53,176 bases of DNA, from NCBI GenBank assembly GCA_021442665.1, contig JABUSQ010000026.1, forward strand, positions 1 to 53,176, given 5' to 3'. Under the pieces are notes generated by a model. That model was not told the DNA's origin, did not search any database, and saw only the letters and a list, made by a program, of their open reading frames with translations. This DNA is from Oscillospiraceae bacterium. GTDB taxonomy: Bacteria; Bacillota; Clostridia; Oscillospirales; Oscillospiraceae. The position numbers and the translations under genes were made by a program. The number at the start of each line of letters is the position of its first letter. Within the stretch, counting starts at the first letter, position 1. Positions 34,452 through 43,816 of this stretch are shown in pieces.

Positions 34452-35414
34452 TTACTCAAAGAGAATGGAGAGGGGCTCTTCCTCGTAGATACGGCGAATA
34501 GCCTCGGCAAATACGTTTGCCACGGACTTGTAGTGTATTTTTTCACACTTGGGCTTGTCTGCGGGATACGGGATAGTGTCCAGAAGCAGAAGCTCCTTGA
34601 TGCAGCTGTTCTCGATACGCTCGATTGCGGGACCGGAGAGCACGCCGTGGGTGGCGCAGGCGTATACTTCCTTTGCGCCGCCTATCTCCTTTATGGCCTT
34701 GGCGGCTCCGCAGAGAGAGCCTGCGGTGTCAACCATATCGTCCAGCAGGATGCAGGTCTTGCCTTCCACGCTGCCGATGATGTTCATTACCTCGGACTGG
34801 TTTGCCTTTTCACGGCGCTTGTCAACAATGGCCATGTTGCAGCCCAGCTTCATGGAGAAGCTGCGGGCCCGGGCGGTGGAGCCCACGTCGGGGGAAACGA
34901 CCATTATGTCGTCGTTGTTCTTGCCGTAGATGCTGAGGTAATGCTTTGCAAAGAGAGGTGCGCCGTAGAGATTGTCCACGGGGATGTCGAAGAAGCCCTG
35001 AATCTGAGCTGCGTGCAGGTCCATGGTGAGAACTCTGTCTGCTCCGGCGGCGGTGATAAGGTTTGCCACCAGCTTTGCGGAGATAGGATCACGGCTCTTG
35101 GCCTTGCGGTCCTGACGGGCGTATCCGAAGTAAGGGATGACGGCGGTGATTCGTCCTGCGGAGGCTCTGCGCATGGCGTCTATCATGATGAGCAGCTCCA
35201 TGAGACTGTCGTTGACGGGCTTGCAGGTAGACTGAACGATGAAGACGTCGGTGCCTCTGACGGGGTCGTATACGGAAACTGAGCATTCGCCGTCAGCAAA
35301 GTGCGTGCACGCACAGTCGCCCAGCTTCCGGAACAGAAGGTCGCCGATGTCCTTAGCAAGCTCGGGATTCGAGTTGCCGGTAAAAACCTTAATATCCTTG
35401 CCGTGAGAAATCAT
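34452..35414 (-). CDS. prs: Ribose-phosphate pyrophosphokinase
   Basis: 320 aa. DLHAAQIQGFFDIPVDNL, VSPDVGS and the PRPP loop ILLDDMVDTAGSL. Confidence 0.9.
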   Translation of the reverse strand: MISHGKDIKVFTGNSNPELAKDIGDLLFRKLGDCACTHFADGECSVSVYDPVRGTDVFIVQSTCKPVNDSLMELLIMIDAMRRASAGRITAVIPYFGYARQDRKAKSRDPISAKLVANLITAAGADRVLTMDLHAAQIQGFFDIPVDNLYGAPLFAKHYLSIYGKNNDDIMVVSPDVGSTARARSFSMKLGCNMAIVDKRREKANQSEVMNIIGSVEGKTCILLDDMVDTAGSLCGAAKAIKEIGGAKEVYACATHGVLSGPAIERIENSCIKELLLLDTIPYPADKPKCEKIHYKSVANVFAEAIRRIYEEEPLSILFE

Positions 35415-35560
35415 TGGAAGTGTCCTCTCTTTGTCTGTAATTGCGCAGTTTTTGCGCTGGTATTAAATTTCAATCAAAGTATAACAAATCCGTCTGGAAA
35501 AATAAAGGGCACAGAGAAAGAAAAATTTAAATTCTGAAAGAAAAAATTCATTAAGCACAT

Positions 35561-36031
35561 TCAGACAGGGCATATCTCGCAGGAGATTTCGCCCTTGCTG
35601 CCTATTTCGAGCTTTGCCCAGCTCCTGTCTGCGCCGGAGCCGACAGACCCGGGGTTTATGACTGTCATGCCCTCCGCGTTGTCGAAAACCGCCCGATGGG
35701 TATGTCCGTACATGACTATACGGCAGTCGCTGAGCTCTGCGGCATAGAGCAGAGTGTAAAGATTTCCGTACCGCACGCCGTAACGGTGACCGTGGGTCAC
35801 GAAGCACCTTACGCCGTTGAGGCTGATGACCCTGTACTCAGCCTCCGTACAGTCAATGTCGCAGTTTCCGCTGACGGCACAGACGGGGATGCGGGGAAAA
35901 GCACGCTCAAGAGCACGGAGATCACGGTTTCCGTCGCCCAGATGTATTATCTGCTCGGGCGCATAGTTCTCCACGGCCTTTATCATACCCGCAGAAACGC
36001 CGTGACTATCTGAAAAAACTGCGATTTTCAT
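35561..36031 (-). CDS. YfcE-family metallophosphoesterase
   Basis: I placed the start at ATG 36031 (MKIAVFSDSHG), which has a GGAGG RBS. HLGDGN, GNCD, THGH and GHTH motifs. Confidence 0.8.
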   Translation of the reverse strand: MKIAVFSDSHGVSAGMIKAVENYAPEQIIHLGDGNRDLRALERAFPRIPVCAVSGNCDIDCTEAEYRVISLNGVRCFVTHGHRYGVRYGNLYTLLYAAELSDCRIVMYGHTHRAVFDNAEGMTVINPGSVGSGADRSWAKLEIGSKGEISCEICPV

Positions 36032-36140
36032 TGTAAACCTCCATTGCATTGCTGTATATAATGGTTCGGGAGCTATGCTTTGTGCAAAATCTCAAAAATA
36101 CATACGAGCGTCCCGGCTTCATCCGGGTGTTTGCTTAGTC

Positions 36141-36167
36141 AAAAAAGACCGCACTGCGGTCTTTTTT
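36141..36167 (-). terminator. Intrinsic terminator after wecB
   Basis: aaaaaagaccgc-act-gcggtctttttt, with A and T runs on both sides. It lies 11 nt beyond the stop at 36178. Confidence 0.6.
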
Positions 36168-36177
36168 GCGTTATCCA

Positions 36178-37320
36178 TCATATGCGGAATTCATCGGGAC
36201 GAGCTTCTTTCAACCCTGCGTTATACAATATAGCATCGGCGATGCGGCGGCAGGCATTGCCGTCTCCGTAGGGATTCACGGCTTTTGCCATGGCATCGTA
36301 GGCGTCTGCATCCGTCAGCAGGAGCTCGGCGTCACGCACGATATCCTCCTTCACCACGCCGCTGAGTCTTACCGTGCCCGCCTCCACAGCTTCGGGACGT
36401 TCCGTCTCCCGGCGCAGCACCAGTACGGGCTTGCCGAGAGAGGGAGCCTCCTCCTGAAGCCCGCCGCTATCGGTCATGACCATATAGCTGCGGCTCATGA
36501 GACGGTGCATATCCATGGCGTCCAGAGGCTCAATGAGTCTCACGTTGTCCTGCCCGTCGAGTATGCCGTGGGCGGCGTCCCGGACGATGGGCGACATATG
36601 GATGGGATACACGAATTCCGCCTCGGGATGGCGTTGAGCTATATCCTTCACGGCGGAGAAGATATTCTGCATCGGCTCACCGTAATTCTCCCTGCGGTGG
36701 CAGGTCATGGCGATGACCTTTTTTGAAAAGTTAACGTTTTTTAACTCATCGGAATTGAAGCTCCCGTCCCCGATGGTGTACTTCATGGCGTCGATAACGG
36801 TGTTGCCGGTGATGAAGACCTCACCCGTCACAGCCTCGGCACGGAGGTTTTCGGCATTCCTCGCCGTGGGAGCAAAATGCAGAGTGGCAAGGCGTCCCAC
36901 CAGACAGCGGTTCATCTCCTCAGGATAGGGGCTGTAGCGGTCATAGGTGCGCAGACCCGCCTCCACATGACCCACGGGGATTTTAGCATAGAATGCGGCA
37001 AGTGATGCGGAAAATGTAGTGCTGGTGTCGCCGTGGACGAGAACCAGATCGGGCTGAGCGGTCTTGAAGCAATCCTCCAGACCCTTAAGCGCCCGGACGG
37101 TCACATCCGTGAGGGTCTGATTTCTGCCCATGATATTAAGATCGTAGTCTGCGGTGAGACCGAAGCAGTCCATAACGGAGTCAAGCATCTGACGGTGCTG
37201 TGCCGTGACGCAGATGAGGCTTTCAATCTCCGGACGGCTGCCCAACTCCAGCGCCAGCGGAGCCATTTTTATGGCCTCGGGTCTGGTGCCGAAAACGGAC
37301 ATGACTTTAAGCTTCTTCAT
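36178..37320 (-). CDS. wecB: UDP-N-acetylglucosamine 2-epimerase (non-hydrolysing)
   Basis: 380 aa. VFGTRPEAIKMAPL, HVEAGLRT and DSGGLQEEAP motifs. Confidence 0.9.
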   Translation of the reverse strand: MKKLKVMSVFGTRPEAIKMAPLALELGSRPEIESLICVTAQHRQMLDSVMDCFGLTADYDLNIMGRNQTLTDVTVRALKGLEDCFKTAQPDLVLVHGDTSTTFSASLAAFYAKIPVGHVEAGLRTYDRYSPYPEEMNRCLVGRLATLHFAPTARNAENLRAEAVTGEVFITGNTVIDAMKYTIGDGSFNSDELKNVNFSKKVIAMTCHRRENYGEPMQNIFSAVKDIAQRHPEAEFVYPIHMSPIVRDAAHGILDGQDNVRLIEPLDAMDMHRLMSRSYMVMTDSGGLQEEAPSLGKPVLVLRRETERPEAVEAGTVRLSGVVKEDIVRDAELLLTDADAYDAMAKAVNPYGDGNACRRIADAILYNAGLKEARPDEFRI

Positions 37321-38410
37321 TATTTTCCTCCTCTGTGAGGTTATGCTCGTGATGGAGATGTATGTTTTTGTTATTGCGGAAAATAAACAGCCAGATGCTC
37401 ACGGCGATGACGAAGGCAATGAGGGCGACTACGGTGCGGAGCAGTCCCGAGGTGGTGAGCAGGACGCTTGCCAGACCGAGAATTGCAGACACGGCGTAGA
37501 GTACGGCGACCGCCTGCTTCTGACTCAGTCCGATGTCCAGCAGCTTGTGATGGAAATGCCCTCTGTCGGCATGGAAGGGGCTCTGCCCTCTGAGCATACG
37601 GCGGGTGAAGGCAAAGATGGTGTCCATAAGAGGCACCGCCAGAGCCAGAACGGGAAGAATGAAGGTGATTATCGCATAGAACTTGAACATTCCGATGACG
37701 CTCACCGTGGCAAGCACATAGCCCAGAAGCAGAGCTCCCGTATCACCCATGAATATCTTTGCCGGGTTGAGATTATAGGGCAGAAAGCCGAGGCAGGCGC
37801 CGCAGAGAGCGGCAAGCACAACGGCGATGTTGCCGTTTGCCTCGCTCACCAGCATTGACACCACCAGCATGGAGATACAGGCGATGGTGGAGACACCGCA
37901 GGCAAGACCGTCCAGACCGTCGATGAGGTTCACGGAGTTGGTCACCGCCACTATCCATATGACAGTCACCGGAACGGACAGCACGCCGATGGTTAATGCC
38001 TGTTCACTTGTTATGAGCAGGGGATTCGATACCACGTTGATAAGTACGCCGGAGAGTACAGCGATGACGGCGGCGAGGATTTGCACGCCGAATTTGAGCC
38101 AGGCGTTGAGGTTGAGCACGTCGTCGATGGCTCCCACCACTACAATGAGGACGGAGCCCAACAGTATGCCTCTTATCTGGGATGTGACCTTTGCCAGCAG
38201 TAGCACAGCCACGATGAAGCCGAGAAAGATGGCGAGACCGCCCATGCGGGGAGTGGGGGATTTATGGATGTGGCGCTTGTTGTCGGGGATGTCCACCGCA
38301 CCCACCTGCTTCGCAAAGCTCTTTACAATGGGGGTAATGCAAAAGGAAACGATGAAGGCGGTGACGATGGCAAGGGTGATTTTTTTAATGATTACGGAGC
38401 TGAGGAGCAT
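37307..38410 (-). CDS. tagO: Undecaprenyl-phosphate GlcNAc-1-phosphate transferase (TagO/WecA, MraY superfamily)
   Basis: 367 aa, polytopic. NSVNLIDGLDGLA and MGDTGALLLG motifs. It overlaps the wecB start by 14 nt. Confidence 0.85.
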   Translation of the reverse strand: MLLSSVIIKKITLAIVTAFIVSFCITPIVKSFAKQVGAVDIPDNKRHIHKSPTPRMGGLAIFLGFIVAVLLLAKVTSQIRGILLGSVLIVVVGAIDDVLNLNAWLKFGVQILAAVIAVLSGVLINVVSNPLLITSEQALTIGVLSVPVTVIWIVAVTNSVNLIDGLDGLACGVSTIACISMLVVSMLVSEANGNIAVVLAALCGACLGFLPYNLNPAKIFMGDTGALLLGYVLATVSVIGMFKFYAIITFILPVLALAVPLMDTIFAFTRRMLRGQSPFHADRGHFHHKLLDIGLSQKQAVAVLYAVSAILGLASVLLTTSGLLRTVVALIAFVIAVSIWLFIFRNNKNIHLHHEHNLTEEENNEEA

Positions 38411-38449
38411 AAGCGTTCTCCTTGATTATCCCGCAAGGGGGAGAATGTT

Positions 38450-39463
38450 TCAGAAGGGCTTTTCCACGAGTCCAACCTTTTTATAGACCTTGCGAAGCGT
38501 TTTTCTTGCGATATGGCTTGCCTTTTCGGCACCGTCGGTGTACACCTGCTGAAGATATGCCTTGTCAGCCAGCAGACGGCTTGCCTCCTCGCGGATGGGA
38601 CGCAGGGTCTCGATAACGGCGTCGCCCACGGCGGGCTTGAATACGCCGTAGCCGCAGCCGTCGAATTCTTTTTCAATCTCCTCAAAGGTCTTGCCGGTGA
38701 CGGCAGAGTAGATATTCATGAGATTTGCCACGCCGGGCTTTGCCTCGCGGTCATAGCGGACGCAGTGCTCGGTGTCGGAGTCGGTGACGGCGCGCTTGAA
38801 TTTGCGGGCGATATCCTCGGGCTTCTCCATGAGGAACACACAGCCGTTGGGGTCGGACTTGCTCATTTTGGAGACGGGATTGCCCAGACCCATGACTCTT
38901 GCGCCTGCCTTGGGGATATAGGGCTCGGGTACCCTGAACACGTCGCCGTAGATATTGTTGAAGCGGATGGCAACGTCACGGGTGAGCTCACAGTGCTGAC
39001 GCTGATCCTCGCCCACTGGCACGAAATCAGCCTGATACAGCAGAATATCCGCCGCCATGAGGGAAGGATAGGTGAACAGACCGCCGTTTATGTTGTCGGC
39101 ATTTTTTGCGCTCTTGTCCTTGAACTGGGTCATGCGGGAAAGCTCACCGAACATGGTGTAGCAGTTGAGTATCCAGCCCAGCTCCGCATGCTCGTGAACA
39201 TGGCTCTGAACGAAGAGGGTATTCTTCTCAGGTTCGAGACCGCAGGCAATGTACTGAGCAAGCTGCTCAAGAGTGCGGCGGCGAAGCTCTGCGGGATTCT
39301 GACGCACCGTGAGGGTGTGGAGGTCTGCCATGAAGTAGTAGCAGTCAAACTCATCGGCTCGCTCGCCCCAGTTTTTAACCGCACCCAGATAATTTCCCAG
39401 GTGCAGGTCGCCGGAGGGCTGAATACCCGAGAGCATTACTTTCTTTCTGATTTCGTTATCCAT
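38450..39463 (-). CDS. trpS: Tryptophan--tRNA ligase
   Basis: 337 aa. SGIQPSGDLHLGNYLG (HIGH-type motif) and KMSKSD. Confidence 0.9.
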   Translation of the reverse strand: MDNEIRKKVMLSGIQPSGDLHLGNYLGAVKNWGERADEFDCYYFMADLHTLTVRQNPAELRRRTLEQLAQYIACGLEPEKNTLFVQSHVHEHAELGWILNCYTMFGELSRMTQFKDKSAKNADNINGGLFTYPSLMAADILLYQADFVPVGEDQRQHCELTRDVAIRFNNIYGDVFRVPEPYIPKAGARVMGLGNPVSKMSKSDPNGCVFLMEKPEDIARKFKRAVTDSDTEHCVRYDREAKPGVANLMNIYSAVTGKTFEEIEKEFDGCGYGVFKPAVGDAVIETLRPIREEASRLLADKAYLQQVYTDGAEKASHIARKTLRKVYKKVGLVEKPF

Positions 39464-39541
39464 ACTTAATATATCTCCGTTTTAAGTTAAAATTACATGC
39501 AGAATTTTACTAAAACAGCATTCTACCATTTTAACAGCCAC

Positions 39542-39570
39542 TTGACAATGACTAAAATGTAAAATAGACT
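39542..39570 (+). promoter_or_regulatory. Candidate sigma-A promoter for gltX
   Basis: TTGACA (39542-39547), a 17-nt spacer, then TAGACT (39565-39570). It lies about 40 nt upstream of the gltX ATG. Confidence 0.35.
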
Positions 39571-39609
39571 AATAAGGCAACAGAATTTTACGGTTTCGGA
39601 GGAAAAAGC

Positions 39610-41082
39610 ATGAAAGACTTGAAATGGTACGAGGAGATGGAGGCACGCATCCCAAGAGGAGAGGTGCGTACACGCTTTGCTCCCAGCCCTACGGGATATA
39701 TGCATGTCGGTAATCTGCGCACCGCTCTGTACACCTGGCTCATCGCCCGCCACGCCGGAGGAAAATTCATTCTCCGAATAGAGGACACGGATCAGGGCAG
39801 ACTGGTGGAGGGCGCCGTGGACGTCATCTACCGCACTCTGGCGGAATGCGGACTTGACCACGATGAGGGTCCCGATGAGGGCGGTCCCGTAGGCCCCTAT
39901 ATCCAGACCGAGAGAAGACCGCTGTATGCGGAATATGCAGACCTGCTGGTGGAAAAGGGCTTTGCCTATCGTTGCTTCTGTGAGAAAAACGAAGACGAGG
40001 AGCCTGCCGGCTTTGAAAAGACCGCCGACCCATGCCGTTTCATGACAAAGGCCGAGTCCGATGCAAGAGCCGCCGCAGGCGAGCCCTATGTCATTCGCCA
40101 GAGGATACCCGAGGAGGGCAGCACCACCTTCCGTGACGAGATATTCGGCGACATCACCGTGGAGAACAAGACGCTGGACGATCAGGTGCTCATAAAGAGG
40201 GACGGGCTTCCCACCTACAACTTCGCAAACGTGGTGGACGACCACCTCATGGGAATAACCCACGTCGTCAGAGGCAGCGAATATCTCTCCTCCTCCCCCA
40301 AATACAACCTGCTGTACGAGAGCTTCGGCTGGGATGTCCCCGCCTATGTCCACTGTTCGCCGGTCATGCGTGATCAGCACAACAAGATGAGCAAGCGTCA
40401 CGGCGATCCCTCCTACGAGGACCTTATCGCCGGAGGCTACATCACCGACGCTGTGGTGAATTATGTCGCTCTGCTGGGCTGGAGCCCCGGAGGAGAGCGA
40501 GAGGTCTACTCCATGCAGGAGTTGGCGGAGTGCTTTGAGCTCAAGGGTCTCAGCAAGTCCCCCGCGATTTTCGATATTGAAAAGTTAAAGTTTTTTAACG
40601 CTGAATATATCCGTGCCATGAGTCCCGAAAAATTTGCGGAGCTGGCGGAGCCCTTCATAAGAAAAGCTGTGAAGAATCCGGAAATCGACGCATCTGCCGT
40701 GGCGGCACTGCTTCAGCAGCGCACGGAGGTGCTTAACGACATCCCAGAAAAGCTGGACTTCTTTGACGTTCTGCCCGAATACGACACATCACTGTTCGTG
40801 CACAAGAAGAGCAAGACCGACGAGGCAGGCTCTCTTGATATGCTGAGGAAGCTGCTCCCGGTCTTTGAGTCCGTGGAGGATTGGTGCGATGATAGCATCC
40901 TTGCCGTCATGACGGATATGGCGGAGAAGGAGGGCTGCAAGAACGCCAAGGTCATGTGGCCCGTGCGCATTGCCGTGGCGGGCAAGGCGGTAACTCCCGG
41001 CGGAGCCGTGGAGATATGCCGGATACTGGGCAAGGCAGAGAGCCTGCGCCGCATGAACATCGCCATCGAAAAGCTGTCATAA
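39610..41082 (+). CDS. gltX: Glutamate--tRNA ligase
   Basis: 490 aa. RFAPSPTGYMHVGNLRTAL (HIGH) and KMSKRHG (KMSKS). GGAGG RBS. Confidence 0.9.
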   Translation: MKDLKWYEEMEARIPRGEVRTRFAPSPTGYMHVGNLRTALYTWLIARHAGGKFILRIEDTDQGRLVEGAVDVIYRTLAECGLDHDEGPDEGGPVGPYIQTERRPLYAEYADLLVEKGFAYRCFCEKNEDEEPAGFEKTADPCRFMTKAESDARAAAGEPYVIRQRIPEEGSTTFRDEIFGDITVENKTLDDQVLIKRDGLPTYNFANVVDDHLMGITHVVRGSEYLSSSPKYNLLYESFGWDVPAYVHCSPVMRDQHNKMSKRHGDPSYEDLIAGGYITDAVVNYVALLGWSPGGEREVYSMQELAECFELKGLSKSPAIFDIEKLKFFNAEYIRAMSPEKFAELAEPFIRKAVKNPEIDASAVAALLQQRTEVLNDIPEKLDFFDVLPEYDTSLFVHKKSKTDEAGSLDMLRKLLPVFESVEDWCDDSILAVMTDMAEKEGCKNAKVMWPVRIAVAGKAVTPGGAVEICRILGKAESLRRMNIAIEKLS

Positions 41083-41086
41083 ATTA

Positions 41087-41130
41087 AACCGCTCCTTTTG
41101 GTTAAAATAAGCCAAAAGGAGCGGTTTTTA
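41087..41130 (+). terminator. Intrinsic terminator after gltX
   Basis: 15-bp stem aaccgctccttttgg / ccaaaaggagcggtt with a 10-nt loop, followed by ttta. Confidence 0.7.
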
Positions 41131-41187
41131 TGAAGCTTAGAAAGCAAATATCCGAAGCGAATAATCGCAGGAATTCACAGAAAAAGT

Positions 41188-41213
41188 GATAAATGTGATT
41201 GATAAATGTGATT
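41188..41213. repeat. Perfect tandem duplication of a 13-mer (GATAAATGTGATT x2)
   Basis: Read directly: 41188-41200 and 41201-41213 are identical. It lies in an AT-rich spacer between the gltX terminator and the 3' end of srtB. Confidence 0.8.
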
Positions 41214-41253
41214 ATTAAATATTTATTGTAATATCATCAGATAGTAGTATAAT

Positions 41254-41985
41254 CTAACTGACAACATCGGTCAGCACCGCATATACCGCATAGCGGTAAT
41301 CGGGATTGACCCAGCAGGTGGCAAGGCTAAGAATCCTGTCGTCTGCTGTGACTTGGACATCCCTGTCCTGCACGAGATTACCCGCAGACAGCACGGCATT
41401 AAGATATCGCCGGCAGCTATCGGGGTCTGAATTGTCGCACAGTGAGAGAATGTGCCTGTTGCTGACGATGCGGCTGGCGAATACCTTATAAATTAACTCT
41501 CTGTCGGGGAGGTATATCCTCACTGTCTGATGCCCGAAAAAGAACTCCCCGTCCTCGTACCTGTGAAGGTCTGCGAACATGGTCCCGGCTCTCATGTTAT
41601 GACCGTAGATGACGGTGTTGAAGTCGGAAAAATCGGGGCTGTTGAAGCTCTCGATATAGATGCTGCCCGCCTTATCCTCCCTGCCGCGGAAATCGGTGTT
41701 CAGGTACTTGGAGTTGTCCTCGGGACAGCAGAGGATGGGGTAGTCGATCTCCGTGCCGTCTATGCATATCCAGCCGACGACCTCGGGATTTACAGCCCTG
41801 AGCGCCTCAAAATCAACGGGAGAGACGTAGCCTGCCTCCACGGGCGGAGCCGTGACCTCCGGTGCGGCTTTGAATTCCTCCGCCGACGGAGCCTTACGCA
41901 TATATGACCCTGCAATAAGAATAACGCAGACGGCGAATATCACCGCACAGACGCACAGTACAGCTATTGAGATTCTTTTACGCAT
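41254..41985 (-). CDS. srtB: Class B sortase
   Basis: I placed the start at ATG 41985 (MRKRISIAVLCVCAVIFAVCVILIA, TM anchor), which has a GGGAGG RBS. VVGWICIDGTEIDYPILC, SKYLNTDF, GSIYIE, the His motif VIYGHNMRAGTMFADLHRY, and the catalytic Cys in LSLATCW. Confidence 0.85.
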   Translation of the reverse strand: MRKRISIAVLCVCAVIFAVCVILIAGSYMRKAPSAEEFKAAPEVTAPPVEAGYVSPVDFEALRAVNPEVVGWICIDGTEIDYPILCCPEDNSKYLNTDFRGREDKAGSIYIESFNSPDFSDFNTVIYGHNMRAGTMFADLHRYEDGEFFFGHQTVRIYLPDRELIYKVFASRIVSNRHILSLCDNSDPDSCRRYLNAVLSAGNLVQDRDVQVTADDRILSLATCWVNPDYRYAVYAVLTDVVS

Positions 41986-42032
41986 GATATCGCCTCCCGG
42001 GAAGATTATACACAGAAAACGGAAACGGAGCA

Positions 42033-43022
42033 ATGAGAAAAATCAAAAATGCCGTCATTTTAATATTGCTTCCCATGCTTTGCATCCTCGCCTCTCTGAT
42101 GGTGGGCAGGTATTCCATGAGCCTGCGGGAGATATTCGACACTCTGCTGTTGCCAGCGGCAGCGGACATCGAGCACTACCGAGTGGTGTGGTATCTTCGC
42201 CTGCCCCGCTCGGTGGCTGCCGCAATGTGCGGAGCAGCTCTGGCGGTGTCGGGTGCAGCCTTTCAGGGAGTGTTCCGAAACCCTCTTGTGAATTCCGGGC
42301 TGCTGGGTGTTTCCAACGGCGCAGGCTTCGGTGCCTGCGTCGCCATAATATTTCTCGGCGGAGGAACTTTCACCTATATTCTCTCCTTCGCCTTTGCGGT
42401 GCTGGCAGTGGCGATGAGCTGGTTTGCCGGGAGAGTGAGCCGGGTGACTACCTCGGTCACCCTCATTCTGGGCGGTGTCATAGTATCGAGCTTTTTCAGC
42501 GCACTCATATCCGTCATGAAATTCATGGCTGACCCCTACAGTCAGCTTCCGAGTATAACCTTCTGGTTTATGGGAAGCTTTGCCTCCGTAAACTATGTGC
42601 ATTTTTATTCCTTTATCCCCATGACACTTGGGATGCTGCTGATATATCTGTCCCGCTGGCGGATAAACGTGCTGTCCATGGGCGACAGGGAGGCCGCAGC
42701 TCTGGGTGTGGACGTGAAGCGGTATAAATTCCTGATTGTGGGCGGAGCGACGCTGGCTACCGCCTCGGCAGTGTGCATAAGCGGAACTATCGGCTGGGTG
42801 GGCCTTGTGGTACCGCACATCGGCAGGATGATAGTGGGCAACAATAATGTGAAGCTAATTCCCGTAAGCATGTCTCTGGGGGCCTGCTTCCTCACGGTGA
42901 TGGACATACTCTCTCGCAATCTGAGCACCGCGGAGCTGCCCATCGGCATTCTCTGTGCGCTTGTGGGCACGCCCTTCTTCGTGTATCTGCTGAAGAAGAC
43001 GAAGGGAGGCGGCTGGACATGA
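42033..43022 (+). CDS. FecCD/BtuC-family chelate ABC importer permease
   Basis: 329 aa, about 9-10 TM segments. RLPRSVAAAMCGAALAVSGAAFQGVFRNPL and GTIGWVGLVVPHIGR are typical FecCD motifs. Confidence 0.85.
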   Translation: MRKIKNAVILILLPMLCILASLMVGRYSMSLREIFDTLLLPAAADIEHYRVVWYLRLPRSVAAAMCGAALAVSGAAFQGVFRNPLVNSGLLGVSNGAGFGACVAIIFLGGGTFTYILSFAFAVLAVAMSWFAGRVSRVTTSVTLILGGVIVSSFFSALISVMKFMADPYSQLPSITFWFMGSFASVNYVHFYSFIPMTLGMLLIYLSRWRINVLSMGDREAAALGVDVKRYKFLIVGGATLATASAVCISGTIGWVGLVVPHIGRMIVGNNNVKLIPVSMSLGACFLTVMDILSRNLSTAELPIGILCALVGTPFFVYLLKKTKGGGWT

Positions 43023-43807
43023 TACTTGAGGTGAGAGAGCTTAGCTTTTCCTACGGAAAAAGTGAGGCGCTGAAGAATGTGAGCCTCGGTCTCAGCGCCG
43101 GTGAGATACTCTGTGTCATGGGACCCAACGGCAGCGGCAAAAGCACCCTCATAGACAGCATCATGGGCATACATAAGCCCGCCTCGGGCAGCATTCTGCT
43201 CTCCGGCAGAGAGCTGCGCAGCTATTCCCGGCAGGAGCTGGCAAGACAGGCGTCCTATGTTCCCCAGAACCACAGCGTCACCTTCCCCTACACCGTCCGT
43301 GAGGCGGTGATGATGGGACGCACCGCCTACGTCTCCGCCTTCGGTGAGCCTCCCGAATCCGATGGGGTGTTTGCCGAGGACGCCATGAAACGTGTGGGCA
43401 TCTCGGAGCTTGCGGACAAAAGCTACGGGGGAATATCCGGCGGCGAGCTTCGCCTTGTTCTGTTGGCGAGGGCGCTGTGTCAGGGCTCTCCGCTGATGCT
43501 CATGGACGAGCCGACGGCGCATCTTGACTACCGCAATGAGCTAAGATTTCTGGAGACCGTCCGCTCTCTTGCCATTGAGGACGGCAAGGCGGTGCTCATA
43601 TCAACCCACTCACCCGTGCATGCCTTCTATTTTGCTTCCCGGGGAGTACCCACCGGGGCGATATTTCTCAAAAAAGGTGCCGTTGCGGCTCGGGGAGAGC
43701 CCGACGACATAATCACAGCCGAGCTTCTGGAGGAGGTCTACGGAGTCCGTGCCCGTATTCTTGAGAGCGACGGCGAAAAAACCGTACTGCTGCAAAACTC
43801 TCTGTGA
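43019..43807 (+). CDS. Chelate-type ABC importer ATP-binding protein
   Basis: Walker A GPNGSGKST, signature ISGGELRL and Walker B LMLMDEP. ATGA overlap with the permease gene. Confidence 0.9.
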   Translation: MILEVRELSFSYGKSEALKNVSLGLSAGEILCVMGPNGSGKSTLIDSIMGIHKPASGSILLSGRELRSYSRQELARQASYVPQNHSVTFPYTVREAVMMGRTAYVSAFGEPPESDGVFAEDAMKRVGISELADKSYGGISGGELRLVLLARALCQGSPLMLMDEPTAHLDYRNELRFLETVRSLAIEDGKAVLISTHSPVHAFYFASRGVPTGAIFLKKGAVAARGEPDDIITAELLEEVYGVRARILESDGEKTVLLQNSL

Positions 43808-43816
43808 GGTGATATT

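Noticed and set aside
39464-39609. Expected T-box leader upstream of trpS, which is common in Firmicutes.
   Set aside because: Only 146 bp separate trpS from the divergent gltX. That is too short for a T-box riboswitch plus two promoters. No T-box-like conserved GGTGGTACCGCG-type sequence is visible.
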